Assembly (NCBI GenBank): GCA_026625185.1
Contig: CP113000.1
Span: 1 to 32,000, forward strand
DNA from: Thermodesulfobacteriota bacterium
GTDB taxonomy: Bacteria > Desulfobacterota > WTBG01 > JAGOGO01
Reading direction: 5' to 3'
DNA: 32,000 bases
Below are positions 16,682-26,528 of this stretch, piece by piece (within the stretch, counting starts at the first letter, position 1; every line of letters begins with the position of its first letter). The notes under the pieces were generated by a model. The model made no database searches. It saw only the letters and a program-made list of their open reading frames with translations, and was not told the origin of the DNA. Made by a program: the position numbers and the translations under genes.

Positions 16682-16910
16682 TTACGTTTTTGTCTCCAAA
16701 AATGGAAAAGGCCCATCGCCATTATATTTGGCAATTCGACCTTCTTTATCTTCTTCACTTCATTTTCCGCGCAACCATCTTTTGGCATTAAATTCACGGT
16801 TTGTTTTTCGGATTTATTAAATAAATTTAGGAAAAAGTCAACAAAAAGAAAATCTTTTGGAAAAATAAAAAATCTCGTCAAAGCAAAGCGCAAAATAAAA
16901 GAGATGATTT

Positions 16911-16936
16911 TCATTCGCTATAAAAAAAGCGAATGA
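16911..16936 (-). terminator. Hairpin 30 nt downstream of ade (weak terminator candidate)
   Basis: TCATTCGCT (16911-16919) pairs with AGCGAATGA (16928-16936): a perfect 9-bp stem. The T-run lies in the loop rather than after the stem. Confidence 0.3.
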
Positions 16937-16965
16937 TTATTGACACGATATTATATGCCATCGGT

Positions 16966-18651
16966 CTATAATTCTACCAGTCCTCGATCCGTGAGCCTGA
17001 TTTCCGGGATTACCGGTAAAGCCAGGAAAAAAAGAGTGGCAAAGGGTGTCGCTAACATCGAGCCAAGCTCTGCGGCTATCTTCCCCAGTTCTTCCAGTTT
17101 ACTCACCACTACCTCTAACGGCTGGTCAGATAACAATCCGGCAATGGGTAAAGCCAGACTGGCTAACACCTTACCGTGCGCAGCCACCACTAGGCCGCCT
17201 TGTAATCGCTCAATCTCCTTAATAGCAATGAAAATATCCTCGTCAGTCGCCCCAACCGCAATAATGTTATGAGAGTCATGGGCAATAGATGAAGCCAGCG
17301 CCCCCCTTTTTAAACCAAAGCCGCTCACCAGACCCAGGCCGATATTTCCGGTAGCCTTATGCCTCTCTACGACCACCAGTTTCAGAATATCTCTGCTCGT
17401 GTCCGGTTGGGCGATTCCATTAATAGCCGTGATCTTTTCTATCCGCTTGCGGGTTATTATCTGGCCGGGCACAACCTCAATAACCGCCATAGTCTCAGCT
17501 GAAGGGGAAAGCTTTAATGCCTCAGGAGTAAAGGTCTTAAAATTTATGGTATTGGTCAGCCCTCCACTAACGTGGGGTAGCGGGAACAGCGGCTTCCCAT
17601 CGCTGGCTACTATGTCACCATGGTAAATGACCATGTCAATCTGCAGCTGGGGTAAATTGCTGAGCACAATCACGTTAGCCATATACCCGGGTGCTATTCC
17701 TCCGAGCCCATCCAAGCGGAAATACTCTGCCGGATTAATGGTAGCAAGCTGAATCGCCCGCACCGGGTCAAGCCCCAAACGTATCGCTTTGCGCACAACC
17801 GCGTCTATATCACCATCCTCCAGCAAGTCAGCGCAGGTACGGTCGTCAACGACAAATAAGAACCTTGAGTAGGTTTTATCAGTGACCAGAGGCAGCAAAG
17901 CCTCCAGATTTTTCTCGGAAGAACCTTCCCGGATCATGATGAACATGCCCTGTCTTAGCTTCTCCCGGGCTTCATCAATTGAAACTGATTCATGGTCAGA
18001 ATGAATACCGGCAACAATATAAGCGTTGAGGTCTTTCCCGGTAACCCCGGGGATGTGGCCATCAACAATTTTACCCTTAGCGAGGTTGATTTTGTTCAAG
18101 AGTGTCTCATCACCCCTGAGAACTCCGGGAAAATCCATAACCTCACCCAGCCCCCGGCATTCTTTCCAGCGGAGAAGTCGGCGGATCGCCTCGACAGGGA
18201 GACTGGCGCCGGAGGTTTCACGGCCGGTTGCCGGCACGCAGGAAGGAGCCATGAGAAAAAGTGCAAAGGGGAGGCGGCGAGCGTATTTTAAGACATAGTG
18301 TATACCTTTAAGACCGCAGACATTGGCTATTTCATGGAGATCGGTAATGAGGGTGGTGGTGCCGCGGGGCACTATGGCGCGGGCGTATTGGCCGATATCG
18401 AGCAAGGAGCTCTCGGGGTGAATATGCCCGTTGATAAGGCCGGGAGCGACATACCGGTCGTTTAAGTCAATGACTTTCATCGCTTGCTGATAATCCCCTA
18501 CCCCGGCTATCATGTCTCCATAGATAGCCACATTAGCCCGTTCAATCTCACCGTTGAAGACATTAATTACCCTGCCATTGGCCAGAATCAAGTCAGCGGG
18601 TTTCTCCCCCTTCGCGACGGAGATTAGTTCACTAAGCCTCTTTCTCATCAA
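16966..18651 (-). CDS. ade: Adenine deaminase
   Basis: 561-aa ORF. N-terminal ADLILANGRVINVFNGEI...YVAPGLINGHIHPESS (amidohydrolase HxH metal site) and length typical of Ade. SD GGAGGG. Confidence 0.92.
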   Translation of the reverse strand: MMRKRLSELISVAKGEKPADLILANGRVINVFNGEIERANVAIYGDMIAGVGDYQQAMKVIDLNDRYVAPGLINGHIHPESSLLDIGQYARAIVPRGTTTLITDLHEIANVCGLKGIHYVLKYARRLPFALFLMAPSCVPATGRETSGASLPVEAIRRLLRWKECRGLGEVMDFPGVLRGDETLLNKINLAKGKIVDGHIPGVTGKDLNAYIVAGIHSDHESVSIDEAREKLRQGMFIMIREGSSEKNLEALLPLVTDKTYSRFLFVVDDRTCADLLEDGDIDAVVRKAIRLGLDPVRAIQLATINPAEYFRLDGLGGIAPGYMANVIVLSNLPQLQIDMVIYHGDIVASDGKPLFPLPHVSGGLTNTINFKTFTPEALKLSPSAETMAVIEVVPGQIITRKRIEKITAINGIAQPDTSRDILKLVVVERHKATGNIGLGLVSGFGLKRGALASSIAHDSHNIIAVGATDEDIFIAIKEIERLQGGLVVAAHGKVLASLALPIAGLLSDQPLEVVVSKLEELGKIAAELGSMLATPFATLFFLALPVIPEIRLTDRGLVEL

Positions 18652-18707
18652 CCCTCCCTCTCTAATCTATCTCTTTGTCGGGGGCGTCAAAAAGTTAATC
18701 AGTATTT

Positions 18708-18716
18708 ATTATACCA
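18708..18716 (-). promoter_or_regulatory. Extended -10 element upstream of ade
   Basis: The minus strand reads TGGTATAAT (TGn-TATAAT). The -35 is poor (ACATCA). Confidence 0.35.
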
Positions 18717-18741
18717 AAGAATCGCTCAGGTGATGTATCTC

Positions 18742-20121
18742 TTACCCGTAAAAAATTTTGCCGGGATTGAGTATGTCATTCGGGTCAAAAACCCGTTTGA
18801 TCTTTTTCATCAACCCGATCTCGAAATCGTTAAGCTCCATCGTTAAAAAAGGAGCTTTGGTAATGCCGATACCATGCTCCCCGGAAATAGTGCCTCCCAG
18901 CGTGATCACCTCCTGAAAAATCTCGTGTATCGCCTTTTCTGTTTTGTCACGCTCTCCGGGGGTCTTTTCATCATACATTGCGTTAACATGAATGTTGCCA
19001 TCACCAGCATGACCAAAGCAGATAATGATAAGGTTGAATTTTTTTTTAATTTCTTCTATCCGGTGAATAAGTTGGGGGATCTTGCTGCGAGGAACAACAA
19101 CGTCCTCATTCATTTTGGTGAGGTTGAGAAGAAGCAAGGAAGGAGAAATTGCCCGTCTCACCTCCCACAGGTTAGAAGCTTCCTTAGTGGTGGTTGCCCG
19201 CTCTACCCGAAAGGAACCTTGTTCCAAACAAATTTTTTTAACTTTTTCCGCTTCATTCTCTATTGCCACGGGATCACCATCAAGTTCAATCAGGAGCAAC
19301 GCTTCAGTCTCATTGGGAAATCCAAGGTTTTGATAGGTATTGACACATTCAATTGACCCGCGATCCATAAATTCGAGTTTTGCCGGGACAATTTTATTGC
19401 GAATGACACTGGATACCGTGTGCGCCGAATCTTCCAAATCTTTAAAAAAAGCCGACAGAGTGATACTTGACAAGGGTTTTGGTAGGAGCCGAAGATATAT
19501 TTTGGTTATTACCGCTAACGTGCCCTCAGACCCAATGATGAGGCGGGTAAGGTCATACCCTACCACTCCCTTAATCGTCTGAACGCCGGTAGTGATGATC
19601 TCTCCGGTGGGAAGAGCAACTTCTAAGCCGGTTACATAATCCCTCGTGACACCATATTTTAAGGCGCTCGGGCCGCCCGCGCATTCCGCGACGTTCCCCC
19701 CTAAGGTGGAAAAAGCAAGACTGGCGGGATCGGGCGGATAATAAAGCCCTTGTTTCTCCGCTTCCTTTTGAAATTCACCGCACACCACGCCGGGTTCGAC
19801 AACTGCCGTTAAATTTTCCGTATTAATCTCAATGATCCGGTTTAAACGACTGGTGACCAAAACCACTCCTCCCAAGATCGCTAAAGAACCGCCGGTAAAC
19901 CCGCTTCCTGCGCCCCGGGGAATAACGGCGAACTGCTCCTGATTGGCCAGTTTGAGGACCGCGGCGATCTCTTCGGCACTCCCGGGAAATACTACTGCCT
20001 CAGGACAAAACTTCTGATTAACCGCGTCATAGGAATAGCAGGTGAGGTCTTCCTCGCTGGTTAAAATATTGTCCTCACCAACAATCTTCAAGAGCTTGTG
20101 AATGATTTTTTTCTTAAGCAT
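18742..20121 (-). CDS. FAD-linked oxidase, GlcD / D-lactate dehydrogenase-like
   Basis: 459-aa ORF. PCMH-type FAD-binding region (VIPRGAGSGFTGGS) and a C-terminal FAD-oxidase domain (GEHGIGITKAPF...KRVFDPNDILNPGK). Confidence 0.9.
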   Translation of the reverse strand: MLKKKIIHKLLKIVGEDNILTSEEDLTCYSYDAVNQKFCPEAVVFPGSAEEIAAVLKLANQEQFAVIPRGAGSGFTGGSLAILGGVVLVTSRLNRIIEINTENLTAVVEPGVVCGEFQKEAEKQGLYYPPDPASLAFSTLGGNVAECAGGPSALKYGVTRDYVTGLEVALPTGEIITTGVQTIKGVVGYDLTRLIIGSEGTLAVITKIYLRLLPKPLSSITLSAFFKDLEDSAHTVSSVIRNKIVPAKLEFMDRGSIECVNTYQNLGFPNETEALLLIELDGDPVAIENEAEKVKKICLEQGSFRVERATTTKEASNLWEVRRAISPSLLLLNLTKMNEDVVVPRSKIPQLIHRIEEIKKKFNLIIICFGHAGDGNIHVNAMYDEKTPGERDKTEKAIHEIFQEVITLGGTISGEHGIGITKAPFLTMELNDFEIGLMKKIKRVFDPNDILNPGKIFYG

Positions 20122-20310
20122 AACGCTGCCAGTTGTTAGATTTTGTGGTCGGTTGTTAGTGTTAGTTGGTGGTTATCCTTTTAATCGTCACGCTTCACAC
20201 TTAACTCGCCCCGTTAGACGCAAAACGTGAATTGTGAGGTGTTGCACTTCACTTTTAACGTTAAACTTTTTACGTGCTCACGTTTTTATTGCCCCTTTGC
20301 CCCGTGCTCC

Positions 20311-21588
20311 CTACCCTTCAACCCAAGGCAGTACTGTTGACCCGTAAGGTATCACATAAGTAGTTGGGTTGCCCTCCAAGATTCGGTAAGCCCTGGCAAG
20401 CGCTTCTTCAATGGAATGCACCGGAGTTAAAGACATCGTTCGCACCACCGAATCCGGGAGTTCCGAAAGAAGCAACACCGTGGCTTTTTTCGCTTTCATG
20501 AGGGTTGCGTAAGCAGTCTGCCCGTTGACCTGAAAATTTTTTCGCAACTCCGCTTCCATTTCCACCGGATCCTGAAACCTTAACCACCCCAGAAAATCCT
20601 GATTTCCTACCCCTTCTGAGCAGGCCGCGATTAAAATCATCACCCCTCCGGGTCTTAAAGCGTTGAAAGCATAATCAAAGGTTTTGTGAGCCTGGATGAA
20701 ATTGATATCCTTAGGATATCCCCCACAACTAACAACCACCAGATCCGCACGCTCGGCAATGATAACCTTAAAATGCCGGTCAACAAAATCACACCCCTGA
20801 TAAAAAGCTTCCTCCCAATGTCCCACTGCTACATTAAGCATACCATAATCCGGTGAAAGAATCGTATTAAAAAGAAATTTTGGAGGAATCAGTCGCCCGA
20901 CCTCCATCATATGTTCATGCAGGGGATTACCTTGAAGAACACCGGTGCGCGCTAAAGGGTGCCTTCCTCCCCCTTCGGAATTGAGCACCAGAAGGTGGGC
21001 GGCAACACACGTTTCATAAGAGGCCATGCCCGGCACAATACTTTTTCTTCCTCCTCCAAATCCGGCAAGATAATGGTATCCGATCGTACCAGTAAGAATC
21101 ACCTTATCCGCTTCCGCTAGCCGGCGGTTTATAATCACCGGATTATTTTTTGTGGTCCTCCCTGAAAAGACTAACTTATTGTGATTTCTGGCATCATGGT
21201 TCTCCATCTTAATCCGTTGCGCCACTTCCTCACCCACCACCTGCTTCTGTTCTTCGAAACTCATCGGACGATGGATTCCGAGAGAAAAAACAATCGCGAT
21301 ATCATGGTCGGGGATTCCATTCCGGTTCATCCGAGCGATCAGAGGAGGAAGAAAAAGGTGGGATCCGGAATAACGGGTAATATCAGACACGATGATGACC
21401 ACTTTGTCCCCTTTTTGGGCAAACGTATCAAAAGAATACTGATCCCGTGACTCATCCAAAGCTATGGTGATAGCCTGAGGCAAATCCGGTATTGGACTCA
21501 TTTCCCGCGGCACTATCACGGAAGCAAGATTTTTGGGGGAAAGAGAAACCTCGATCTTTTTCTGATGATAGGGAAGAAAAAACGTCAT
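20311..21588 (-). CDS. larA: LarA-like nickel-pincer-dependent 2-hydroxyacid racemase/epimerase (DUF2088 family)
   Basis: 425-aa ORF. GIHRPM, GTIGYHYLAGFGGGRKSIVPG and GNPLHEHMMEV blocks typical of the LarA family. The ATGA overlap with the upstream Fe-S gene implies an operon. Confidence 0.85.
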   Translation of the reverse strand: MTFFLPYHQKKIEVSLSPKNLASVIVPREMSPIPDLPQAITIALDESRDQYSFDTFAQKGDKVVIIVSDITRYSGSHLFLPPLIARMNRNGIPDHDIAIVFSLGIHRPMSFEEQKQVVGEEVAQRIKMENHDARNHNKLVFSGRTTKNNPVIINRRLAEADKVILTGTIGYHYLAGFGGGRKSIVPGMASYETCVAAHLLVLNSEGGGRHPLARTGVLQGNPLHEHMMEVGRLIPPKFLFNTILSPDYGMLNVAVGHWEEAFYQGCDFVDRHFKVIIAERADLVVVSCGGYPKDINFIQAHKTFDYAFNALRPGGVMILIAACSEGVGNQDFLGWLRFQDPVEMEAELRKNFQVNGQTAYATLMKAKKATVLLLSELPDSVVRTMSLTPVHSIEEALARAYRILEGNPTTYVIPYGSTVLPWVEG

Positions 21589-22700
21589 TTGCCCAAAACT
21601 TCGCCCACAAATCTCATTAACCGCTCAACCAAGAGGCGGGAAATAAAAAATATTCCCCGCTCTTTACCAATTTTTACATGCATATCAATAATGGTTTCAG
21701 GAAGCTGAGGAGGTCGTGATTTTGCCTTTAACGTGATGGCATCGACCGGACAGGTGGTTACGCAAAGACCACACCCTATACAACGATCACGGTTTATCTC
21801 ATAATACTCAGCGCCGGCAATGATGGCCTCCATTTGACACCGCTCAGCGCACCCGCCGCATACTGTACAGATATCCGACGCAATCTGAGCGTGAAAAGAG
21901 GATTGAATGTGTTCTGCGGGTTTGGGGAATTTTTTAAGGAGACGGAGGATGGCGCAGCAACACCCACAGCACATGCAGATATTAAGAATGTCTTTGGCAT
22001 TAGTGGGTGAAAGCACCAATGCTTTTTCTTCTCCCATTTTTAAGATACTCAATAGTTCCTCTTCGCTAATCTTTCTTCCCATCTTGTTTTCAAGATAATA
22101 CTGCGCCGCAACATCAAACACCAGGCATCGCTCTTCCGGCCGGTCACAGGAATTTCCCATAAGCCGTTGTTCTTTTTGACAAATACAAGGAGCAACGACG
22201 ATAGGTTTCTTATCTTTAACCAGGGCGCGGACCTGATCATAGGTGGAAACCAGGGAAGTCGTGGCAAGAGAAGCTCCGATCGGAATTACCCGAAGCTGCT
22301 TGGTCTTCGTGGATTCCCAAAATTTCGCTATCGCGGGAAGGTACTCTTCCATTAATTCCGCCAGCTCTCGGTCAAGCGTATTTAAATGAAATTCGTAAAT
22401 CCCCACCACAAACTGAAGCGCCATATAAAAAGGCTGGTTATTCACCCGCGCCCGGTAAATCAAGCCTTCTTTGGCCATCGCCTCAAGCTTTTCTGCGGCA
22501 AGGGCTTCGTCCATTGTTAATCGTGGCGCGATGGCTGACACCGGTTCCGGCTTGGTTCTTAACTGCAAGGCGATGGTGGCTTGTTCAGGGGTAAAAAGTT
22601 TTTTCAGGATTTTGATTTCTACTCCGCTTTCGGTGGCGGGAAACCCTGCCGGCAGTTTGTCCAAAAAATCTCTTAGCTTAAGATAAATATCTTTCGGCAT
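21585..22700 (-). CDS. 4Fe-4S dicluster domain protein with an N-terminal winged-helix-like region
   Basis: 371-aa ORF. Cys clusters CICQKE...CDRPEERC, CMCCGCCC, CTVCGGCAERC and CIGCGLCVTTCP. Conserved GIYEF block. Confidence 0.8.
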   Translation of the reverse strand: MPKDIYLKLRDFLDKLPAGFPATESGVEIKILKKLFTPEQATIALQLRTKPEPVSAIAPRLTMDEALAAEKLEAMAKEGLIYRARVNNQPFYMALQFVVGIYEFHLNTLDRELAELMEEYLPAIAKFWESTKTKQLRVIPIGASLATTSLVSTYDQVRALVKDKKPIVVAPCICQKEQRLMGNSCDRPEERCLVFDVAAQYYLENKMGRKISEEELLSILKMGEEKALVLSPTNAKDILNICMCCGCCCAILRLLKKFPKPAEHIQSSFHAQIASDICTVCGGCAERCQMEAIIAGAEYYEINRDRCIGCGLCVTTCPVDAITLKAKSRPPQLPETIIDMHVKIGKERGIFFISRLLVERLMRFVGEVLGK

Positions 22701-22774
22701 TACGACCCCGGATAAAAAAGATCGGCAAACTATCTAAAATTATTTAGAAACCGTCTTATTGCAGGATTTTTGTG

Positions 22775-22802
22775 AATATGGTATAAAAACATATACCATA
22801 TT
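22775..22802. promoter_or_regulatory. Perfect 11-bp inverted repeat (candidate operator) in a divergent promoter region
   Basis: AATATGGTATA (22775-22785), spacer AAAACA, TATACCATATT (22792-22802). Confidence 0.5.
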
Positions 22803-22844
22803 AGGAAGTAATTGCAAAAAAATTAGCGTATGGGAGTGATAGCC

Positions 22845-23303
22845 ATGAAAGTTTACCTTGTTCAGCATGGTCAATCTGTTTCTGAGGAGGTTGATCCGGC
22901 TCGTCCTTTGAGCGAAAAAGGACAAAAGGATATGGAGAAAGTGGCCCGGTTCCTTAAGAGTGTTAATCTAAAAATTAGTGTTATCCTTCAAAGCGGGAAA
23001 ACCAGGGCAACCCAAACTGCTGAAATTCTGAATCCTAAGGTAACATCCTCAGAAGGGATCATGAAAAAACAAGGACTTGCCCCCAACGATCCGATTGACC
23101 CGTGGGTGGAGGAACTGAATAAGTCCCCTGATGACGTAATGATCGTTGGGCATCTTCCTTTTCTCTCCAGACTGGCAAGCCGACTTCTCGGAAGGGAAGA
23201 AGAATTGATAAGTTTTCAGCCGGGAGGAATCGTTTGCCTCGAAAAGATGGAACACTTACAATGGCGAATCCGATGGATGGTGGTTCCCGAGCTTTTCAGT
23301 TAA
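22845..23303 (+). CDS. sixA: SixA-like histidine phosphatase family protein
   Basis: Start set at MKVYLVQHG (ATG 22845) with SD GGGAG 9 nt upstream. LVQHGQS catalytic-His region, PLSEKG and VGHLPFLS blocks. Confidence 0.75.
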   Translation: MKVYLVQHGQSVSEEVDPARPLSEKGQKDMEKVARFLKSVNLKISVILQSGKTRATQTAEILNPKVTSSEGIMKKQGLAPNDPIDPWVEELNKSPDDVMIVGHLPFLSRLASRLLGREEELISFQPGGIVCLEKMEHLQWRIRWMVVPELFS

Positions 23304-23410
23304 ATGGGGCAAAATATTCCTTGACTTTTCTTGCCAACTTTAACAATACTCCTAAAAAATTTTTTCCTCGTAAAAGCTGATACCTATTGAAATTTAGAAG
23401 GAATTACCCA

Positions 23411-25990
23411 ATGGGAAAAGATTATCATCCCCACGAAATTGAGGAGAAATGGCAGAGGCTATGGGAAGAGAATCAGGTCTTTACGGTTACCGAATCAGCC
23501 GATAAACCCAAGTATTATCTGCTGGAAATGTTTCCTTACCCTTCCGGTCGGATTCATGTGGGCCATGTCCGAAATTATTCTATCGGCGATGTTATCGCCC
23601 GGTATAAAACGATGCGAGGCTTTAACGTGCTCCATCCTATCGGGTGGGACGCTTTTGGCCTCCCCGCGGAAAACGCGGCGATTGAGCACAAAACCCATCC
23701 CTCCCAATGGACGCATGACAACATTGACTACATGCGGGCTCAGCTTAAACGGATGGGGATAAGCTATGACTGGACGCGGGAGCTGGCTACCTGTGATCCG
23801 AGCTACTACCGGTGGGAACAGCTTATCTTTATCAAAATGTTTGAAAAGGGACTCGCCTATCGGAAACGTTCGTGGGTGAACTGGTGTGAGCAATGTCAGA
23901 CCGTATTGGCCAATGAACAGGTTGAGGCAGGCTTGTGCTGGCGCTGCGGCAAAGAAGTAACCCAGAAAGACCTGCAACAGTGGTTTTTCAAGATCACGGC
24001 GTATGCCGAGGAGCTGTTGGACTCCTGCGCTAAACTTTCCGGCTGGCCGGAACGGGTTTTAACCATGCAAAAAAACTGGATCGGCAGAAGCGAAGGCGCG
24101 GAGATTAGCTTTTCCCTGGAAAAAGGAGAGGGAGAGATCAAAGTTTTTACCACCCGCCCGGATACCCTCTTCGGGGCGACGTTTATGAGCCTTGCCCCGG
24201 AACATCCCCTTGCCCAAACACTCTCTCACGGCACTTCGCAAGAGAACTCCGTTCGTCAGTTTATCGAAAAAATGAAACGGGAAGACTTAACCCAAAGGAC
24301 AGCGGAAGATACCGAGAAAGAAGGAGTGTTTACCGGATCCTACTGCATTAACCCAGTAACAAACCGGAAAATGCCGATCTTTGTTGCCAACTTTGTTTTA
24401 ATGGAATATGGAACCGGAGCAGTCATGGCCGTGCCTACCCACGACCAGCGGGATTTTGAGTTTGCGAAACAATATGGGCTTCCTCTCATTGTTGTTATCC
24501 AGCCACCCGAAGAAAAACTCGACCCCCTTTTTCTTAAGGCCGCGTATACTGATGATGGAATTATGGTAAATTCAGGCCAGTTTGATGGGTTGCCGAACCG
24601 AGAAGCAGGGGTTAAAATAACCGACTATCTGGCGTCAATAGGAAAGGGTGGGGGTACGGTCAGTTTTCGTCTTCGTGACTGGGGCATCTCCCGTCAGCGT
24701 TACTGGGGAGCGCCCATTCCTATAATTTACTGTGAGCAGTGCGGTATCGTCCCGGTTCCTGAAAAAGATTTGCCCGTGGTTTTACCGCTCGATGTAAAAA
24801 CGCTTGATACCGGACAGTCTCCGCTGCCGTTTACATCTGATTTTGCCAATGCTCCCTGCCCGCGCTGTTCAAGGCCCAGCCGCCGTGAGACTGACACCAT
24901 GGATACGTTTGTAGAATCATCCTGGTATTTTCTCCGTTACGCGTGCCCCACATACGATAATGGTCCTCTGGATAAAGATAAAGTTAACTACTGGATGCCG
25001 GTTGATCAATATATCGGAGGCATCGAGCACGCTATTCTTCATCTTCTTTACGCCCGGTTTTACACCAAGGTTCTCAGAGACTTGGGTGTGGCCAACCAGG
25101 AAGAACCGTTTACCAACCTGCTTACCCAGGGCATGGTCCATAAGGAGACCAGCCGGTGTCCTCAGCATGGCTGGCTCTTTCCCAAAGAAGTTGCGGACGG
25201 AAAATGTATTGCGTGCGGATCAACCGTTGAAATCGGGCGCACCGAAAAAATGTCCAAATCGAAAAAAAATGTCGTTGATCCTGACGAACTTATCGAACAA
25301 TACGGCGCAGATACTATCCGGCTCTTCTCACTTTTTGCCGCGCCTCCGGAAAAAGATTTGGACTGGAGCGACCTGGGAGTGGAAGGATCTTTTCGGTTTT
25401 TGGGGCGGGTCTGGCGGATAATCCAAGAACACGCAGAAACCATAAAAAATGCAGAACCATATCGCGGGAAAGAAGATCTTTCGGAGGTCTTAAAAAATCT
25501 CCGACGAAAGACGCATCAGACGATCCGCAAAGTAACCGAAGACCTGGAAGAGCGCTTCCACTTCAACACTGCAATCAGCGCAATCATGGAGCTGGTTAAC
25601 ACCCTGTACCAGTTTGACGCAGCGTCGGTCAAAAGCCCCTTCACCAACCAAATTTTAAGGGAAACCCTGGAAACCATTGTCGTACTCCTTTACCCGGTCA
25701 GTCCCCATATCTGTGAAGAACTTTGGCGGATTTTAGGACATACGGAAAGCATCAGCAAACAAGCCTGGCCCTCCTATGACCAGGAAGTTGCCAAAGAAGA
25801 AGAGATAGTAATTGTCATCCAGATTAACGGAAAACTTCGGAGTCAAATAACCGTGCCCGCCACTGCCGCGGAAGAGGAGATTAAAACCTTAGCTCAAAAC
25901 GATGAACGAACGAAACAATGGACAAAAGGGAAAAAGATTGTTAAAATTATTTATGTTCCCAGAAAACTGATTAATATGGTGGCGCAATGA
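23411..25990 (+). CDS. leuS: Leucine--tRNA ligase
   Basis: HIGH motif HVGHVRNY and KMSKS motif EKMSKSKKN. Length and blocks are typical of bacterial LeuS. Start set at [11 protein letters not shown]. Confidence 0.95.
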   Translation: MGKDYHPHEIEEKWQRLWEENQVFTVTESADKPKYYLLEMFPYPSGRIHVGHVRNYSIGDVIARYKTMRGFNVLHPIGWDAFGLPAENAAIEHKTHPSQWTHDNIDYMRAQLKRMGISYDWTRELATCDPSYYRWEQLIFIKMFEKGLAYRKRSWVNWCEQCQTVLANEQVEAGLCWRCGKEVTQKDLQQWFFKITAYAEELLDSCAKLSGWPERVLTMQKNWIGRSEGAEISFSLEKGEGEIKVFTTRPDTLFGATFMSLAPEHPLAQTLSHGTSQENSVRQFIEKMKREDLTQRTAEDTEKEGVFTGSYCINPVTNRKMPIFVANFVLMEYGTGAVMAVPTHDQRDFEFAKQYGLPLIVVIQPPEEKLDPLFLKAAYTDDGIMVNSGQFDGLPNREAGVKITDYLASIGKGGGTVSFRLRDWGISRQRYWGAPIPIIYCEQCGIVPVPEKDLPVVLPLDVKTLDTGQSPLPFTSDFANAPCPRCSRPSRRETDTMDTFVESSWYFLRYACPTYDNGPLDKDKVNYWMPVDQYIGGIEHAILHLLYARFYTKVLRDLGVANQEEPFTNLLTQGMVHKETSRCPQHGWLFPKEVADGKCIACGSTVEIGRTEKMSKSKKNVVDPDELIEQYGADTIRLFSLFAAPPEKDLDWSDLGVEGSFRFLGRVWRIIQEHAETIKNAEPYRGKEDLSEVLKNLRRKTHQTIRKVTEDLEERFHFNTAISAIMELVNTLYQFDAASVKSPFTNQILRETLETIVVLLYPVSPHICEELWRILGHTESISKQAWPSYDQEVAKEEEIVIVIQINGKLRSQITVPATAAEEEIKTLAQNDERTKQWTKGKKIVKIIYVPRKLINMVAQ

Positions 25991-26526
25991 TTTCATGTGA
26001 ACAAAAATCGATAGTCAAGGTGTTTTTCGTTTTTATTATTTTTTTCGTTTTCAGCAATGGTTGTGGGGGGTACCACTTTGCCTCTGAGTACAACAACCTC
26101 CCGGGGGAGATAACCTCGATCTCGATCCCCTTTTTCCAAAACGAAACCTATGAGGCCAATATTGAATCTTATTTTACCCGTGCTCTGATCAACCAGTTTA
26201 TCAAAAACAAAAAAATCACTATCCTTTCTCACGGCGCAGATGCCACGCTTTATGGGATCGTTAAAGACTTCCGCATTACAACGATTGCTTATTCCAAGCA
26301 AGATAAGGTTCTTGAATACCGGGCGTATATTACGCTCGATCTTACGTTAAAAAATACTAACACGAGTGAAATCATTTGGAAAAAACCATCCTTAATCAGC
26401 GATGAAGAATATAAGGTTTCTTCTGAAGATATTGCTTTAACCGAAGCATCCAAAAAAGTAGCTTTTCAGAAAATTGCTAATGAGCTGGCCGAGCAAATTT
26501 ATGAGGAGCTGGTTTTGGGTTTTTAA
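25987..26526 (+). CDS. lptE: LPS-assembly lipoprotein LptE-like
   Basis: 179-aa ORF with an ATGA overlap onto leuS. Signal peptide ending NGC. The call rests mainly on the conserved leuS-lptE-holA synteny. Confidence 0.65.
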   Translation: MISCEQKSIVKVFFVFIIFFVFSNGCGGYHFASEYNNLPGEITSISIPFFQNETYEANIESYFTRALINQFIKNKKITILSHGADATLYGIVKDFRITTIAYSKQDKVLEYRAYITLDLTLKNTNTSEIIWKKPSLISDEEYKVSSEDIALTEASKKVAFQKIANELAEQIYEELVLGF

Positions 26527-26528
26527 GC

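Noticed and set aside
16660-16914. 84-aa minus-strand ORF upstream of the AI-2E gene
   Set aside because: It is an AT-rich Phe/Lys-rich translation overlapping the permease start region and the ade hairpin, with no SD.
18652-18741. Purine riboswitch upstream of adenine deaminase
   Set aside because: The spacer is only 90 nt, most of it taken by an extended -10 and the SD. I could not find the conserved three-way-junction purine-aptamer sequence.
23304-23410. T-box or other leader upstream of leuS
   Set aside because: The spacer is about 107 nt, too short for a T-box. I saw no specifier or T-box sequence, only promoter-like hexamers (TTGCCA-16-TAAAAA).
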